A stretch of DNA of 64,000 nt from Selaginella moellendorffii. Lineage: Eukaryota; Plantae; Lycopodiophyta. Location of the stretch: positions 875,183-939,182 of the forward strand of contig NW_003314317.1 of the NCBI RefSeq assembly GCF_000143415.4. Direction: 5' to 3'. This document shows, in pieces, positions 51,523 to 64,000 of the stretch. The notes beneath the pieces were generated by a model. It saw only the letters and a program-made list of their open reading frames with translations, was not told the origin of the DNA and ran no database searches. Position 1 is the first letter of the stretch. The number at the start of each line of letters is the position of its first letter. The position numbers and the translations under genes were made by a program.

Positions 51523-54500
51523 TGTGAGTGCATGGAATATGGGAAGGAAATACAAAAAATGTGCATATCAATTAGCCCAAAAACCATAACTTATATACAA
51601 GAGCGAGTGGTTCGGATTGAAACCAATTTGATTACTACCAAAATCCCACTACATTAATATTAGTATATAACATCATGGCCGTACACTTGGACCTCATATC
51701 ATCCCATCCTCTCAGAATAATGGAAGACTATTAGGCTTCTCTTGTAGATGGGCTAGGATCTAGAGGAACGTTAGGAGGAGGCATTGGCAGATTTGTAGGT
51801 GGTATTAGCTGTTTTTGATCCTTTTGTATAAAGCGTTTCAGCTGGTGCATATGCATTTTTTTTGGAGGATTGGTCTGTTGGATGTCATACTGAACCTCAT
51901 AAACTTGTGGTCTAACTTGCCACAACACCTGAGACGGTCATTTCCATTGAGCAAGGAGCCCCTTAGATAAACCACGTACTGTAAGATAGGGAAAGTAGAC
52001 TAATACTAAGTCATTTATTTTATATTCTATAGGTGGACGATGATGGGAGTTGTAGCATCGTTGTTGTCCCACTTATACGCGGCCTAAGTGTTCGGCAGAC
52101 TCTACTCGGACAAGTGGAAGAATGCTCGTCAAATACTGATCCCACGACCTAACATCGGCAGCTCGTGGCAATCGCGAAGGTAAACCCAACTCCGTTGGTA
52201 ATATTGGATCATGACCATATAGGTGTTTATATGGTGAAACACCAATAAAACTCTACACCTTTGTGATATATGCATACCGAAGAGATAGCAAATAACCATC
52301 CCAATTTGAATGCTAAAAGTATATGTACTTCATGATCATCCCTTTGAACGTCCGAATGAATCATTCTACCAAATTGTTTGATTGTGGATGATAAACACTT
52401 ATGAAAGTGTGGCATATCCCCAACTGAGATGTGAAAATATAAAATGCCTCAGTTATAAATACAATATCAGTATCCAAAAGAATCCACTCTAGACAAGAGT
52501 GTTAGAACACCACTTAATTGAGGAGGAAGTATCCAACAGCAGTTGTAGAAGCGCTAGCAAGAGCACTAACTTCCACCCAACGAGTCAAGTAGTCAGAAGC
52601 AATAATAACATACTCATTGCCAGTAGTCGATTGTGGAAAAGGTCCAATAAGATCAAACGCCAAAAACTCAAATGGACGGGAAACTGCAATTGACTTCAAC
52701 CGTCCTTCCGCGGCACCAGGAGGAGTATTACGAGCTTAGCACCAAACGCAGCTACGCACATACTAGATAATATCACGTTGCATCTCCGGCCAACAAAAAG
52801 ACCTGCACAGTTTCTCGGTTACACGACGATGTCTCATATGCCCACCTAAAACAAAAGAATCATGGTAGGCATAGAGAAACCGTGGAATAAAGACAGAAGG
52901 CACCACCAGCCATAAATGATCATCATAATCCATCCCTACAAATAAAGAAGGCCGTCTTCAAGGCGATATTGAGAATGTAAATGCCAAAAAGGCAAGTCAT
53001 CAGCAAGTGATATAGGATTTTCAAACCTATTTTGAAGCTTTCGAATCCACAACTCAATTTTTTGAGCCTCGCAAACTTTATCAAGAGAAGGTAGATCTTG
53101 CTCTGTGCCTTGTGGACACTAAACGTTAAGTACAACAACCACCGACAGCACAAAATCCTTGTTTAAAAAATCCATAGATGTTGGAACAACAGGCTTGTAA
53201 AAAACATGAGAAGAAAGTGGAAAAGGAAGAGGAGCTTGAGAAAGGGCATCAGCATCAGCCATAAAACTCTCTAGGCGATGAATAACATCAAAGTCATATA
53301 TCTAAAACTTCAAAGCCCACCAAGCAGTATAACCAACTAAGTTCTTCCACTTTAATAATGAAGTAATGGCAACATGATCACTTTTTAGTAACATCTGAGA
53401 ATCATATAGATATGCATGAAGTGTTTCAAAATCCCAAACTATTGTTAAACACTCATTCTCTGTTGTGGAGTAGTTCACCTCTACTAGTTATAATGTACGG
53501 CTTATATATGCAATGGGATGGTATTAAGTAAACACACTTGGGCTCTCTTGTATCAACACACCTCCAAGACTAATATTAAAAGCATCCACGTGCAAAATAA
53601 AAGGTTGAGTGTAGTCAGGATATGCCAACACCAGAGGAGTTGTCAATATCTCTTTGAGATCCATGAACGCCCACTCATAATCTAGAGATCAGATGAAAGA
53701 TGACATTGATGACTTCAGCAACACTTGCAACGGTGCAATGTGATCAGAAAGATAATCCACAAAATGGCCGAGATACTACACCTTGCCCAGGAAGTGCTAC
53801 ACATCATTCACACACTTCGGAGTAGGGAACGTTAAAATAGCTACAAGTTTGTCAAAATCAACTTGCAAATCCTCACGAAAAATACAATACCCAAGATAAA
53901 TTGTGTCCTTGGACCCAAACAAACATTTTGATCGCTTCAGCTTTAAATCAATGTCCCATAGCCAATCCATCAATGAAGTTAATAGTTACCTCTAGCATAT
54001 CATAAAGAACCTCATCCACCATTTGCTAGAAAGTTGCTAGAGCATTGTTCAAACCAAACAACATCACCAAAAACTCGTATAAACCAAATTGTGTATGAAA
54101 AACAGTTTTATGAATATTTTCTTCAGCCATCGATACTTGCCAATACCCAGAAGCAAAATTTAGCTTAGACAATTTAAGAGATTAGCAGTGTGAGGAAGAG
54201 GGTACATATCTGGGATCGTCACTTCGTTTAATGGACGATAGTTGATGCAAAGACGAATACTCCCATCAGACTTTGTCACAAGATGAAATTCAGATGCCCA
54301 AGGACTTTGTGACTTCTGAATAACACCCTTCTTCAACATTTCCTTGACTTTTGCATATAAAATCTTGATCTCTTTGGGTGACTGGCGACAAATAGAAACC
54401 TTGATTGGATAAGCATCCCCGTTAAAATCGAATGACGTGTGGCAATCTTGGCCCCAGATGATAGGTCAAATTTAAAGAGATCAGAATACTCTTTCATGAG

Positions 54501-56107
54501 CTGGTCAACCGCTACAACACAAAGACTATCAGAGGGATTGGAAAAAAGAAGAGCAGAACAAAACAGAAACATAGAAGGAAGTAGTGGGGGGGACAAAAGT
54601 AATGGAAGCAGAGGTAGAAGCAAAAAGATGAAGAGATATGAAAGTGAAAGGAATGGATGAAATATAAAGAAGTATGAGACAAAAAGGAGAAGCCTCAAAG
54701 TCATATTTGGCATGATTGCATTGCAACTAATCCATATTAAAGATAAGGTCAAAAGCTTGATTCGGCACCATTCGTAATGATTGCAACCCAAGCTCAAAAT
54801 CACCCACACGCACAACTAAGTCTACCTCATCCCGTGTATATGCATATGTATGGTTGTTGCCATAAAGAATGAAAACTAGCTCCACTGCATGATGCAAATG
54901 TAAACGGCAATATGTGGCAATAGGTCAAACAATAGAAGATAAACTCAAACTTTTATCAACCAAGATGAAGAGAAGAATAAGAGACTACTTATTATAAAAA
55001 CAAGCTTGGAAAGTAAACACTGAATGAATTAATGCTGAGTGAACCCCTTGATGATACTTTTGAAAGAAAGATGGAGGCGTCACTGACTTATTCACGCAAG
55101 ATCCTTTCATTACTCGCATGACTCCTTGTTTCCTAGATGCATCTCGATGTCAAGACCTTCCACTACAGCAGCACCATTGTTGATGCCAAGGTCTCCACCT
55201 AGGAAATGGTGGCCGCCAATTTAGAAAATGCTGATAACACCAATAAGTGTGACTAACTTTATCACACACCCAACAATAAACATCATGGCCATAACTACGT
55301 CCTCGCCTTTGTCCTAGAACTCGAGCAATAATAGCATCAATCTCCATTGGAACAGGACCATCACCCACAAGAAGTGGAATTAAAGGACATGCAGCGAGAA
55401 ATGGAATAAGTGACGTCTTATAATGTTGTGCTAAGTAAAGCATCATCAAGGGTGGCTGAAACAAGTGTATGTACAAGTTTAATAAGACTTTGATAAAGTG
55501 TTGGCCACAACATTCCTACCTTGATCCACTCTTACATATTTAGCTCTACATGAAGCAAGAGGCTTCGGAAACAAACACCAAATTGCATCACCAACTCAAA
55601 TGGCCCTTGACGAAGACGATGTAATTGTTGAAAGGCATTATCATAATCGTCAGTATGTCCGAATGCACGTTTGAAGACGTCCAAGAGAACACTTTAATCC
55701 CCACGAGTGACTATGCTCAAACCATTGTATCAGACATGAATAAAAAGCTAGAAGGAAAGGGAGATTTAGACAATGCAAAAGCTAGATCTAAACCAAAATC
55801 TTGAAAGGAAAGAACAAAAGAAAGAAAATGGAAAAAGTTAGATCTAGACAATGCAAAAGCTAAATTTAAACCAAAATCCCAAATTTAAACACTCATTAAG
55901 GACAATCAAAAGTGCCCTTCATTTTCACAAATATGAGTGTATGGAATATGGAAAGTAAATACAGAAAATATGCATATCAATTAACCCAAAAACCTTAGTT
56001 TATATATAAGAGTGAGTGGTCCGAATTAAAACCAATCTGATAGTTATCAAAATCCCACTACGCTAATATTAATATATAGCATTATAACTGTACACTTAAA
56101 CCTCACA
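51523..56107 (-). mobile_element. Degenerate Ty3/gypsy LTR retrotransposon, same family (3' LTR 51523-51698, 5' LTR 55932-56107), with internal deletions
   Basis: Colinear with 45290-50873; perfect 4-bp TSD AATA; deletions near 53965 (RT) and 55732 (gag start). Confidence 0.93.
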
Positions 56108-56884
56108 AATAGAATTTCTACTTTATATAATATTTTTTTTAGTTAAACATAATATAAAACTAAATCAAATGAGGTTATATATTTACAAATTGAATACTAT
56201 TAATGTTTTAATATTTTTATGCATCCAAGAGGCATTTGAAATTTAATACTTTAAAATTCTTTTTCCCCATAAAATTTTGGCATTTTAAATTGTTCAAATA
56301 ACACTTTGATGCTTTCTTTTTTATCTTGTTTGCATTTACAAGCAATATATGGAGAACCTTTTATATGTCAAATTTGCAAAGCTATTTTATTTAGAGTTAA
56401 TGAAGTAAATCTCCTAAGTTCCTTTTCTTTGTATTTTTTATTTCTTATTTATAGTGTGTTTTCTTGATCTGGATTGCAAATACAATATCATTATCAAGTG
56501 TTGTATGGTTATATAATTCTGATTGTAAACATGTATTGAAATTTAGTTTTGTATAGTCTTGAGTAGAGAAATACTTGGCTTTATATGCATTCAAGGAACT
56601 GCATTGCAATCACTAACAGGTTTGTTTCAATCATCTCACTATAAGCAAATGATACAAAAGAACTTCTATATGTTTAGAGAACATTTCATGATGCTATTAA
56701 ACCCTCTTTATGTGAGGAAAATCTTGGTGAACCTAAAACAAGAAGGCAACCTAGATCTCATTGAAGCCAGGTGATACTAGAGCTTCAGTTTATTTGCTAT
56801 CTTGTAGTCATGGGTCACTTTGTGATGGAGCAAAAATTGGATGGAGTTATTATTTTTAACTCCAGGCAAATTTGTTTATTAAGC

Positions 56885-58005
56885 TTAGAAGTTCCATACA
56901 AAGATGAAGTAGAGGAACACCAGTATACAAAATGCAGTTGCCACTATGAGCAAGGATGATTTACTGTGTTCTTTAATCTCAATCATAACGTTTTCCTTAA
57001 TAATATCTTGTAGAAACTCAACAAGGCTTACAGTGGAGGCATTGTCTGATAGAGCTGATGTTAAAATTAAAAGAAACAAGCTTATATATTTAATTACCGA
57101 GTGGAGGCAAGCAATGGCCATAAGGATGAACTATAATAACTGGTTTCACAAACTTTTTTGCCAGATCTTCTCCACTTGACTTAAATATGGTATCTAGCTC
57201 GCCTTGAAATTAAGTGATGGATTAACCAAGAACAAATGCATATGAATGTAGATTTCTTACCAATCAAATGAAAAGATGGACAATGTATGGGGTGATCATA
57301 TACTTTACATAGTGGCTGGCATCGAATAATTCCTCCAGATATTATAATTACAAATTTTAGCTCGGTCGGAAGGATAGATTTCTGCAACAAAATATTAAAA
57401 TGATTTCTCCATGATATGCGCATACAAACCTTGGTTTGTTGCATTCCAGCCAACGCCCCAGCAACAATACCTCCCTAGACAATTTATAAGAAAACTGTAA
57501 GAAAACACTTAATATTCTTAACAATAAAAGGAAATTTAGAGCTTGCCAAGGACATTCCCAGTAATCCATCAAAAGGACCGCATTTTTTCATGTATCGAGA
57601 GATGCATGAAATGCCTTGTTCGAATGACTTATAATCTACAATGGTCATTTCCTGGGATCACACAAAGAAACATTAGAAGGAAAGAGGAAAGCTAAAGGAA
57701 CAATTTATAAAACACCTTGTTGCCTCTAAACCACTCGAGATATGGTGGCGCAAAGTTTCTCTTTTCGCCATCGATCACTGGAAAAGGAGCATCCAGGAAA
57801 CTCTGGAAAAACGGAGCTTTCAAGAGATTTGAAGCAAAGTACTACAGAAGAAATGAAACAAAGCAAAAGGAGAGAAAGCTCTTGCCAGATCGAGAAGATT
57901 TAGCACCGAATCGTCCCATTTGACAGCGCTCAATTGAGCTTGGAGCTGGCGAGAATTGTCACCATGGCCGTGGAGGCAAAGCACACGAAGGCGTCGCAGC
58001 TCCAT
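56885..58005 (-). CDS. FSH1/OVCA2-family serine hydrolase, multi-exon
   Basis: LRVLCLHGHG; GPFDGLLGMSL|GG nucleophile motif; LKFVIIISGG; HLIGELD (Asp); HPYGHCLP (His); hydrophobic C-terminus. Confidence 0.85.
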
Positions 58006-58511
58006 GACTTCGTTCCTCTACAAAGCTCTACAGAGAAAGAACACGCAGCGCTTGCAAGTGTTCTTATTTCAAGGATTTCAATGTCTTGGCAGATGGTCCT
58101 TATCGTGCCCATACCCTGCCCACGACATTTTCATGTGATCCACCAACATTTGTAACAATGTGTGGTTCTAAGAACACACAAAGTACGAGTGCTTTTTGAC
58201 TACTTGGAACATCCTGATGTTCCTGCAATAAAACCTCTTTACATATTGTGCATAATATGCAGAGCATAAATCAGAGAATTGTGCTTTGGTCGGTCCTGGG
58301 TTCGAAACGCGTTGAACCGTTTTGTCAACACCAAACTTCGTGTGGTGGGGACAAAGCATGGAGCGCATCGCCACTTGTTTCCGAGGGGGCATGCAGCAAC
58401 AGTCTGAAGCTGCAGGAAACAGGTGCGGGTGCGGGTGCTGATACAGGTCCAGGTCCAGGTTCAGGTTCAGGAGCGGATGCAGAACCAGAGCACCCCCTAC
58501 ATTTTCTGAGG

Positions 58512-60336
58512 ATGGACACTATGATGGCCATGTTTGGAGGGACTCTTCCGCAAGAATTTCAGCGGCCATTGGGTCCAAGATCTTCAGTGCTAGGTTGTTC
58601 TCACAGCAAGGTAACTTTTCTTCCACATTGTTTTCTTTTCTCGATCACTCCCTACAGGCAAAGATTTTGCAATCTAGCACGTTGCGGACGAGGGTATGTT
58701 ATCGGATCCAGATGACGATTGCCACTCAAGATGAAGTTATTCTTTCCAGGCCAAAGATTAGCCCAATTCTGGTAAAAGACATTCGGAAAGGTTTTTAACT
58801 TTGTTTTTCCTTGGCACGTGATTAAATGTGGGATTGCAGGCCTATGATCTGGTGCAAGGCCCTTTGGTAAGCGAGGATAATTTTCGTTCAGTGGTTTTTA
58901 CACGAGAATTTGCTTTCTTTTTCTTTTTTTGTTTTACATCTATCGCATTTCAGGTCCGGTGGAGTGAAGCTAGAGACAAAGCTACACCCGAGCCTCCGAC
59001 TGCGGTATTCCTCCATGGAATTCTCGGCTGCAGGAAAAACTGGGGTATAACATTTTATCACCTTTGCGAAACAAAATTTGTAATTTTCCTTTTCAGCCTC
59101 CTTTGCAAGAAGACTGGCCAAAGAATTTCCGGCATGGCAGGTAAAAGAAAAACTAAAATAAAAAATAAAAAACAAGCTTTTCTTTGCCAGTTTTTGCTCG
59201 TAGATTTACGTTGCCATGGGGATTCATCGCTTATGCCAGGCTCTCACACTGTTTCGTCCTCTGCCCTTGACGTACTTAAGCTTGTAAGTTTCTACTTATG
59301 TTCCTCTTGTTAATGTTCTATGGAGCTTCTCAGAAAACAAAATTTTGTTTGTAACAGCTAGGGAAGTTACGACTGACTCCACGAATCTTGGTAGGACACA
59401 GTTTTGGAGGAAAAGGTTGACACTCTGTCGTTTAAGTTTCAACCAGAATGGTGACACCATTTTCTCCTGTGCAGTTGTTTTGAGCATGATCGATCAAGCT
59501 GCCAAACCTTTGGCTCGTCCAGTCCAAGTAATGCTGTTCTTAGTTTTTTGTTCTTGCTTTTGTTTTAAGTTCTTTCTCCTTTTCCTTTTTCCAGGCATGG
59601 ATCCTGGATGCAACACCGGGAGAAATACGAGCAGGCGGAGGTGGTGAAGATCATCCAGCGGAACTCATTGAAGCCTTGCGAAGATTGCCTGCTCAGGTAC
59701 GCTTAAAATCAGAGCCACTTACAAGCAAAGTTTACGTTCCAGGTACCTTCGCGACGAGTTGTGTTGAACTCCTTGACAGACTTTGGCTTCTCAGAGGAAA
59801 TCGCGAAGGTTAGATAGTACTCAGTCATAAGTTCTAACAATTTCTGAAAGCTTCTTTTGTTTATTTTTAACAGTGGATGACAACAAACCTCAAACCAGCT
59901 CGAGATAGCTCGGATTTATTCTGGACATTCGATTTAAATGGCATTTCCGACATGTACAGATCATACGAGGATACAAACTTGTGGTACGCTTTCACTGCAA
60001 AAAAGCAGCAAATCTGTTCACAAACGTATGTCACAGGAACCTGGTAGACAACGTACCAGAGGGAGTCCATCTCAATTTCTTGCGAGCCGAGCGCAGCTTG
60101 CATCGCTGGGCTCACGAAGACATCCAAAGAATCGACGACGCCGAGGCTTCCGCTTCAAACGAAGGCGCTGGTGTCGATCTTCACGTTCTTGAAGACTCGG
60201 GTCACTGGGTAAGTCTGAAAACTTTCACAATCTCCAAACCTTTCACTCGCTCTGTTACATACTCTGACAGGTTCACGCAGACAATCCAGATGGACTATTT
60301 AGAACTCTCACTCCTTCATTCAACACGATTCAATGA
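58512..60336 (+). CDS. Alpha/beta hydrolase, ABHD11-like, ~13 short exons, probable transit peptide (start uncertain)
   Basis: AYDLVQGPL, TAVFLHGILGCRKNW, VDLRCHGDS, LVGHSFGGK, WMTTNL, LEDSGHW|VHADNPDGL; ~50-bp GT-AG introns. Confidence 0.88.
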
Positions 60337-60429
60337 GGCCTTTTCCCTGCGAAACATCACATTTTTTTGTTACTATCGGTCGATACATACGAACGAGATC
60401 ATTTTCGGCTTACCAGAGAGGTGGTGATA

Positions 60430-62310
60430 CTAAACGTTGATGCCGAGAATGAATCCATTGCTGTACCAAGGGACGTTGATGGACGGCATTTGGTGCCTCA
60501 CGGGAGAACGAAACGGATTCGGAGTGAGCGGGTAACTGATGTGAAGACCAGCTGCTCGTAGAACCTGCTTTGCGTTGAGGCAGCACGTCTCTGCATAGTC
60601 CGTGAAGAATCCTGGAACTCCCAGCGCCTTGATGACCTCTAGAGCTCCAGTCCAGTTACCATCGCTCTCGAGAGACGAGTTTAATCCCACCACCAGGTGT
60701 GGCGGCGGCAAGGAATCAGCGTGCTCCTGGTAGAAGCCTTGCACGTACGTTACTTTGACGCTTTCTTCCAGCACCTCGGTCATCCCGGAAAGCGAGCCTG
60801 GAACTTCCGGCCCGACCATGATAATGTGAAGGCTGCCGGCTCCACTCAAAAGATGGGAGATCTCTGTAAAAGCCGGCATCCAGTCGAGCTCGGGCTCCGG
60901 ACCGATGTAGTGAAGAACAACCTCCTTGTTCTTGGCGAGGAGGTTCTTCGTGAAGGGACTCAAAGCTGTGACAATGTGGTAGACCGTGAGTGGATGCGAG
61001 AGCAGTGCTGCCACCGGACTCTCGGCAGGAAGGCCTCGCAAGTCGTAGTAGTCGGCCCAGTTTGATAGCACCACCATTCCAGCCGAGCCGTAATGCTTGA
61101 CAGGCTCGTCAACCGGGTGTTGCGAATCCTCGAGTCCCCAAGCTCCAGTCTCGCCACCCTCCGGTGGAAGCAAACCAAACGGGCAGTTCTTGAAGCACCC
61201 ACACATCCTCCTCCACATCCCCTTGCCGTGAAGCCCCAGAAGCTCGAGCCAGCGGCAGGAGTGATCGATGAAGCACGGGAATGCAAAGCCTTTGAACTCG
61301 AGCTCCTCCTCGAGATCCATCATGGCCTTGTAAACCTCGCAGTTCCCCTTGTGTGATTCCTTCCAGTGCCGCTTCTGGCAGCCATGGCTGCAGTAGACCA
61401 CGGCCTTACAGCGGCTGCACCGAGGAGCCTTCTCGGCCGAGACCTCCTTCTCGCAAACGATGCACTGGCGAGGCAATGCCAGCAGCACGTCCATCATCTC
61501 GGGCGAGAAGTCGCTCACTTCCGCCAGCTTTGGAAGGCTGCCACCTTGTTGATCGTTTTGCTGCTGCTGTTCTTCCTTTGGCGGAAACGAAACTCTCACG
61601 CAAGTGATATCCCACTCCTTTCGATCCTCGGCTGGCCACTGGATATCGATGAACTGCATCACGCTTTCGATACTCCGCTGTGGCTTCTCCACCACCTGGA
61701 TCGCCGGGACCATCTGCGCTAGAGCTCTCATGCAAGCGTACAGCCACCTTAGCTCCTCCAGCGATGGATTCCGAAAGCCAAGGCTTTCTTCTCGAGCACC
61801 ACCTCCAGCTCGAGAAGAAACCACGTCGATGAGTGGAAACGCTTTCTCGCCAGCGATTTCTAGACCCAGCTGCTTGATGATCTTCCTGTTGGGCAGAGAG
61901 ATCTCGGCCTCGGGTCCAAATGTCACTCGCAGGAATCCCCTCTTTGGAATGGACTTTGGATCCGGGAAGCCTCGAATTCCCGCTATGGCCGCCACCGCAT
62001 CCTCCTCACTGCGGTAGAGATTGAGGCTTGGATCACCGAAGCTCGTGAACTGGACGCAGTAGAAGGGCGGGCGAGAATCCGGCCAGTCGGTGTCCTTGCC
62101 GATGCGCAGGCCAAAGATCTCTTGCGCCCTGAGCTTCTTCCAGGGATTACACCTGTGCAGCGCTGCCGCTGCCCGGAACACCGATTTGAGGAATGCGGTG
62201 CCCAGCCCCTCGATCCTGACCAGGCTGCCGCCATAGCCGCGGCCCAGCCCTGGCCCGACGCCGAAATGCTGCTGGAAGGCGTCGAAGAGCTCCCGGAGGT
62301 GCGCGTCCAT
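60430..62310 (-). CDS. MYND zinc-finger protein (ZMYND15/MSS51-like), 626 aa, intronless
   Basis: CIVC...CSRCKAVVYCSHGCQKRHWKESHKGNC MYND motif; C-terminal LSHPLT, HYIGPEPEL, MVGPEV and NPFRSP motifs. Confidence 0.9.
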   Translation of the reverse strand: MDAHLRELFDAFQQHFGVGPGLGRGYGGSLVRIEGLGTAFLKSVFRAAAALHRCNPWKKLRAQEIFGLRIGKDTDWPDSRPPFYCVQFTSFGDPSLNLYRSEEDAVAAIAGIRGFPDPKSIPKRGFLRVTFGPEAEISLPNRKIIKQLGLEIAGEKAFPLIDVVSSRAGGGAREESLGFRNPSLEELRWLYACMRALAQMVPAIQVVEKPQRSIESVMQFIDIQWPAEDRKEWDITCVRVSFPPKEEQQQQNDQQGGSLPKLAEVSDFSPEMMDVLLALPRQCIVCEKEVSAEKAPRCSRCKAVVYCSHGCQKRHWKESHKGNCEVYKAMMDLEEELEFKGFAFPCFIDHSCRWLELLGLHGKGMWRRMCGCFKNCPFGLLPPEGGETGAWGLEDSQHPVDEPVKHYGSAGMVVLSNWADYYDLRGLPAESPVAALLSHPLTVYHIVTALSPFTKNLLAKNKEVVLHYIGPEPELDWMPAFTEISHLLSGAGSLHIIMVGPEVPGSLSGMTEVLEESVKVTYVQGFYQEHADSLPPPHLVVGLNSSLESDGNWTGALEVIKALGVPGFFTDYAETCCLNAKQVLRAAGLHISYPLTPNPFRSPVRHQMPSINVPWYSNGFILGINV

Positions 62311-62850
62311 GGCCAGATCTCGCCGAGCTCCCTCCAGGAGCCGCGAAATCCCAGATCGCGCCTAGATCGCGCAGAGAACGCACCTGATTTCGCGAAATTT
62401 GGGCCGATCCGTGGAAATGCTCGCCGGAGGATCAAATGTGGGCTGTGCCCTCGCCCGGATCCAGCGCGACTCACCTGGAAGGATATTCCAGAGATCCCAA
62501 AAAATGGAAAAGATTTTTCTAGTGAAGTAAAAATCGTTCATGTTAATGTTAGGGGGGTGAAACGTTCGTACTGTCGGTTGTGAGGGGAGCCTGGGAATCC
62601 TGCAATATAGACGACCAAACTTAATGAAGAATATGCGAATCGTTTAAGAGATATGAAAGATTATAAGTTTTTGTCTTTAACCTTGTCTAGAAGATTATTA
62701 GTTGTCACCTGTCTTTAATAAATATTTTGGAGCTATGGAAACTCCAAAGATTATAAGCTATCGATCGTTCGAGTCCGTTGAATTTGTCGCATCCCAACTC
62801 ACTGAGATTCATATGAGAATATCCCAAAAGAATCACCATCTTCTCGAAAG

Positions 62851-62922
62851 TGAACCCAGCGTGATTCGAACACGCAACCTTCTGATCTGGAGTCAGACGC
62901 GCTACCGTTGCGCCATGGATCC
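62851..62922 (-). tRNA. tRNA-Trp (CCA)
   Basis: GGATCCATGGCGCAACGGTAGCGCGTCTGACTCCAGATCAGAAGGTTGCGTGTTCGAATCACGCTGGGTTCA folds into a cloverleaf with anticodon CCA; TTTT ~20 nt downstream. Confidence 0.97.
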
Positions 62923-63135
62923 CTCTCACGTGGAAGAACAGAATATTCTCATGGCAAACAGATTTTAGGTCTACCTTAAACTCGATCACCGCCCACAACT
63001 GACTTCGAAAGCGATGCTCCCCAATCCTCTACGTATACACTATCCAAGTCTCATCAGAATAATTTCTGATCACAAAGCCTTGCAGGCTCGTCAGATCTTA
63101 TCCCGAGGATGGATAAGAAAACTATCCATACATAA

Positions 63136-63267
63136 TATTATCTTTCGTGCAAGGTGGAAACTTTGGTTCATGCACACAATCACGAAATTGAAACTTCCAC
63201 GTATATTATCTTTCGTGGACAAAATGAAAACTCTGGTCCATGCACACAATCACGAAGCTGAAACTTC
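63136..63267. repeat. Two-copy ~63-bp direct repeat
   Basis: TATTATCTTTCGTG...CATGCACACAATCACGAA..TGAAACTTC at 63136-63197 and 63204-63267. Confidence 0.7.
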
Positions 63268-63415
63268 TAGTGCCATGAACTGGCCTGAAATTCCTCAATC
63301 CCAATGTAATGTTTCTATCTATCTAAACAATCAAATGGCCTGGTCGTGCCAGACAAAGAAAAAGAGAAGCCTTTGGTATCGGTATATTCACAAAAATATT
63401 CTCACACATTCTTTC

Positions 63416-64000
63416 TCAAAGCTCTATTGAGCAAGCCGCTTGCACGACCCCGCGAAACTCGTCGCCGCCATCGCCCAGCACGTCCACCCAGGTGGTGGCG
63501 GAATCTTTGGAATCACTCACGGAATCTCGACGATCCCGACGATCTGGCGGGGCGAATCCGGCGAGCACACCCCTCTCGTCCTGCCCGAGAACCACGACAC
63601 CGCCGCCACTAATGCCCGCGCACGCCGCCACCGCCTTGCCACAATTAGCCGGCAATTGCCCCACCCTCCTGGAGCAGCGATTCGTCGCGTTGCGCGGATG
63701 ATCGCAGCAATCCAGCCTCCAGATCTCGCCGCTGGAGCGCGAGCAGCAGTAGACGATCGAATCGCCGGCGCCCACGAAGAGATTCGTGCCGTCCCTGTGC
63801 GAAACCAAGGAGTCGTCGATGAGGTCCTCGGCGCGCGACCACTTCCCCGTGGCGGGATCCAAGAACTCGGCGCTGCGGCTGAATTCGCCCTGGGAATCGC
63901 TGCCATAGCCGCTGACGACGCCGAATTTGGGACCCAATCGCTGCGACGACCGATCGATCGCGATGCCCCTGCTCTCGTCGCGCTCCTGTGTCATGTCCGG
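63416..64000 (-). CDS. 3' part of an F-box/kelch-repeat protein (KMD/KFB-like); begins beyond the window
   Basis: MTQERDESRG...FGVVSGYGSDSQGEFSRSAEFLDPATGKW kelch signature; the F-box itself is not in the window. Confidence 0.75.
   Translation of the reverse strand, partial: PDMTQERDESRGIAIDRSSQRLGPKFGVVSGYGSDSQGEFSRSAEFLDPATGKWSRAEDLIDDSLVSHRDGTNLFVGAGDSIVYCCSRSSGEIWRLDCCDHPRNATNRCSRRVGQLPANCGKAVAACAGISGGGVVVLGQDERGVLAGFAPPDRRDRRDSVSDSKDSATTWVDVLGDGGDEFRGVVQAACSIEL

Noticed and set aside
58420-58480. Hexamer repeats encoding GAGAG/GPGPGSGSG in ORF 58248-58715
   Set aside because: Short low-complexity run upstream of the probable hydrolase start; cannot tell UTR from N-terminal extension
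60697-62583. Several overlapping ORFs on both strands
   Set aside because: Shadow frames of the GC-rich MYND gene; the same applies to ORFs overlapping the PPR and kelch genes
62700-62850. Dicistronic tRNA-snoRNA downstream of tRNA-Trp
   Set aside because: A TTTT terminator lies ~20 nt after the tRNA and there are no clear C/D boxes

Overview
Eukaryotic plant nuclear DNA, most likely the lycophyte Selaginella (inferred from ~50-bp introns, a Selaginella-style PLS-E PPR gene and tight gene packing). Bases 1-56 kb are a rearranged accessory region. It holds four near-complete copies and one fragment of a 5-exon gene encoding a coiled-coil header, a P-loop NTPase, a restriction-endonuclease-like domain and a SAP/HeH-like module, an architecture resembling Crinkler/RHS ('CR') proteins. 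These copies were amplified in ~8-10 kb tandem and inverted segmental duplications together with a divergently oriented PPR gene. The paralogs show clustered amino-acid divergence and patchwork (gene-conversion-like) relationships. The cluster is bracketed by three degenerate copies of one Ty3/gypsy family (~176-bp LTRs, tRNA-Ala PBS, 4-bp TSDs). One copy is split by an inversion and another carries a young Cassandra TRIM with 5S-rRNA-derived LTRs. A PS1-like FHA/PIN gene appears truncated inside the cluster. Bases 56.9-64 kb are ordinary gene space: an FSH1 serine hydrolase, an ABHD11-like hydrolase, a MYND zinc-finger protein, tRNA-Trp and the 3' end of an F-box/kelch gene. Family assignments come from motif recognition only; no searches were run.
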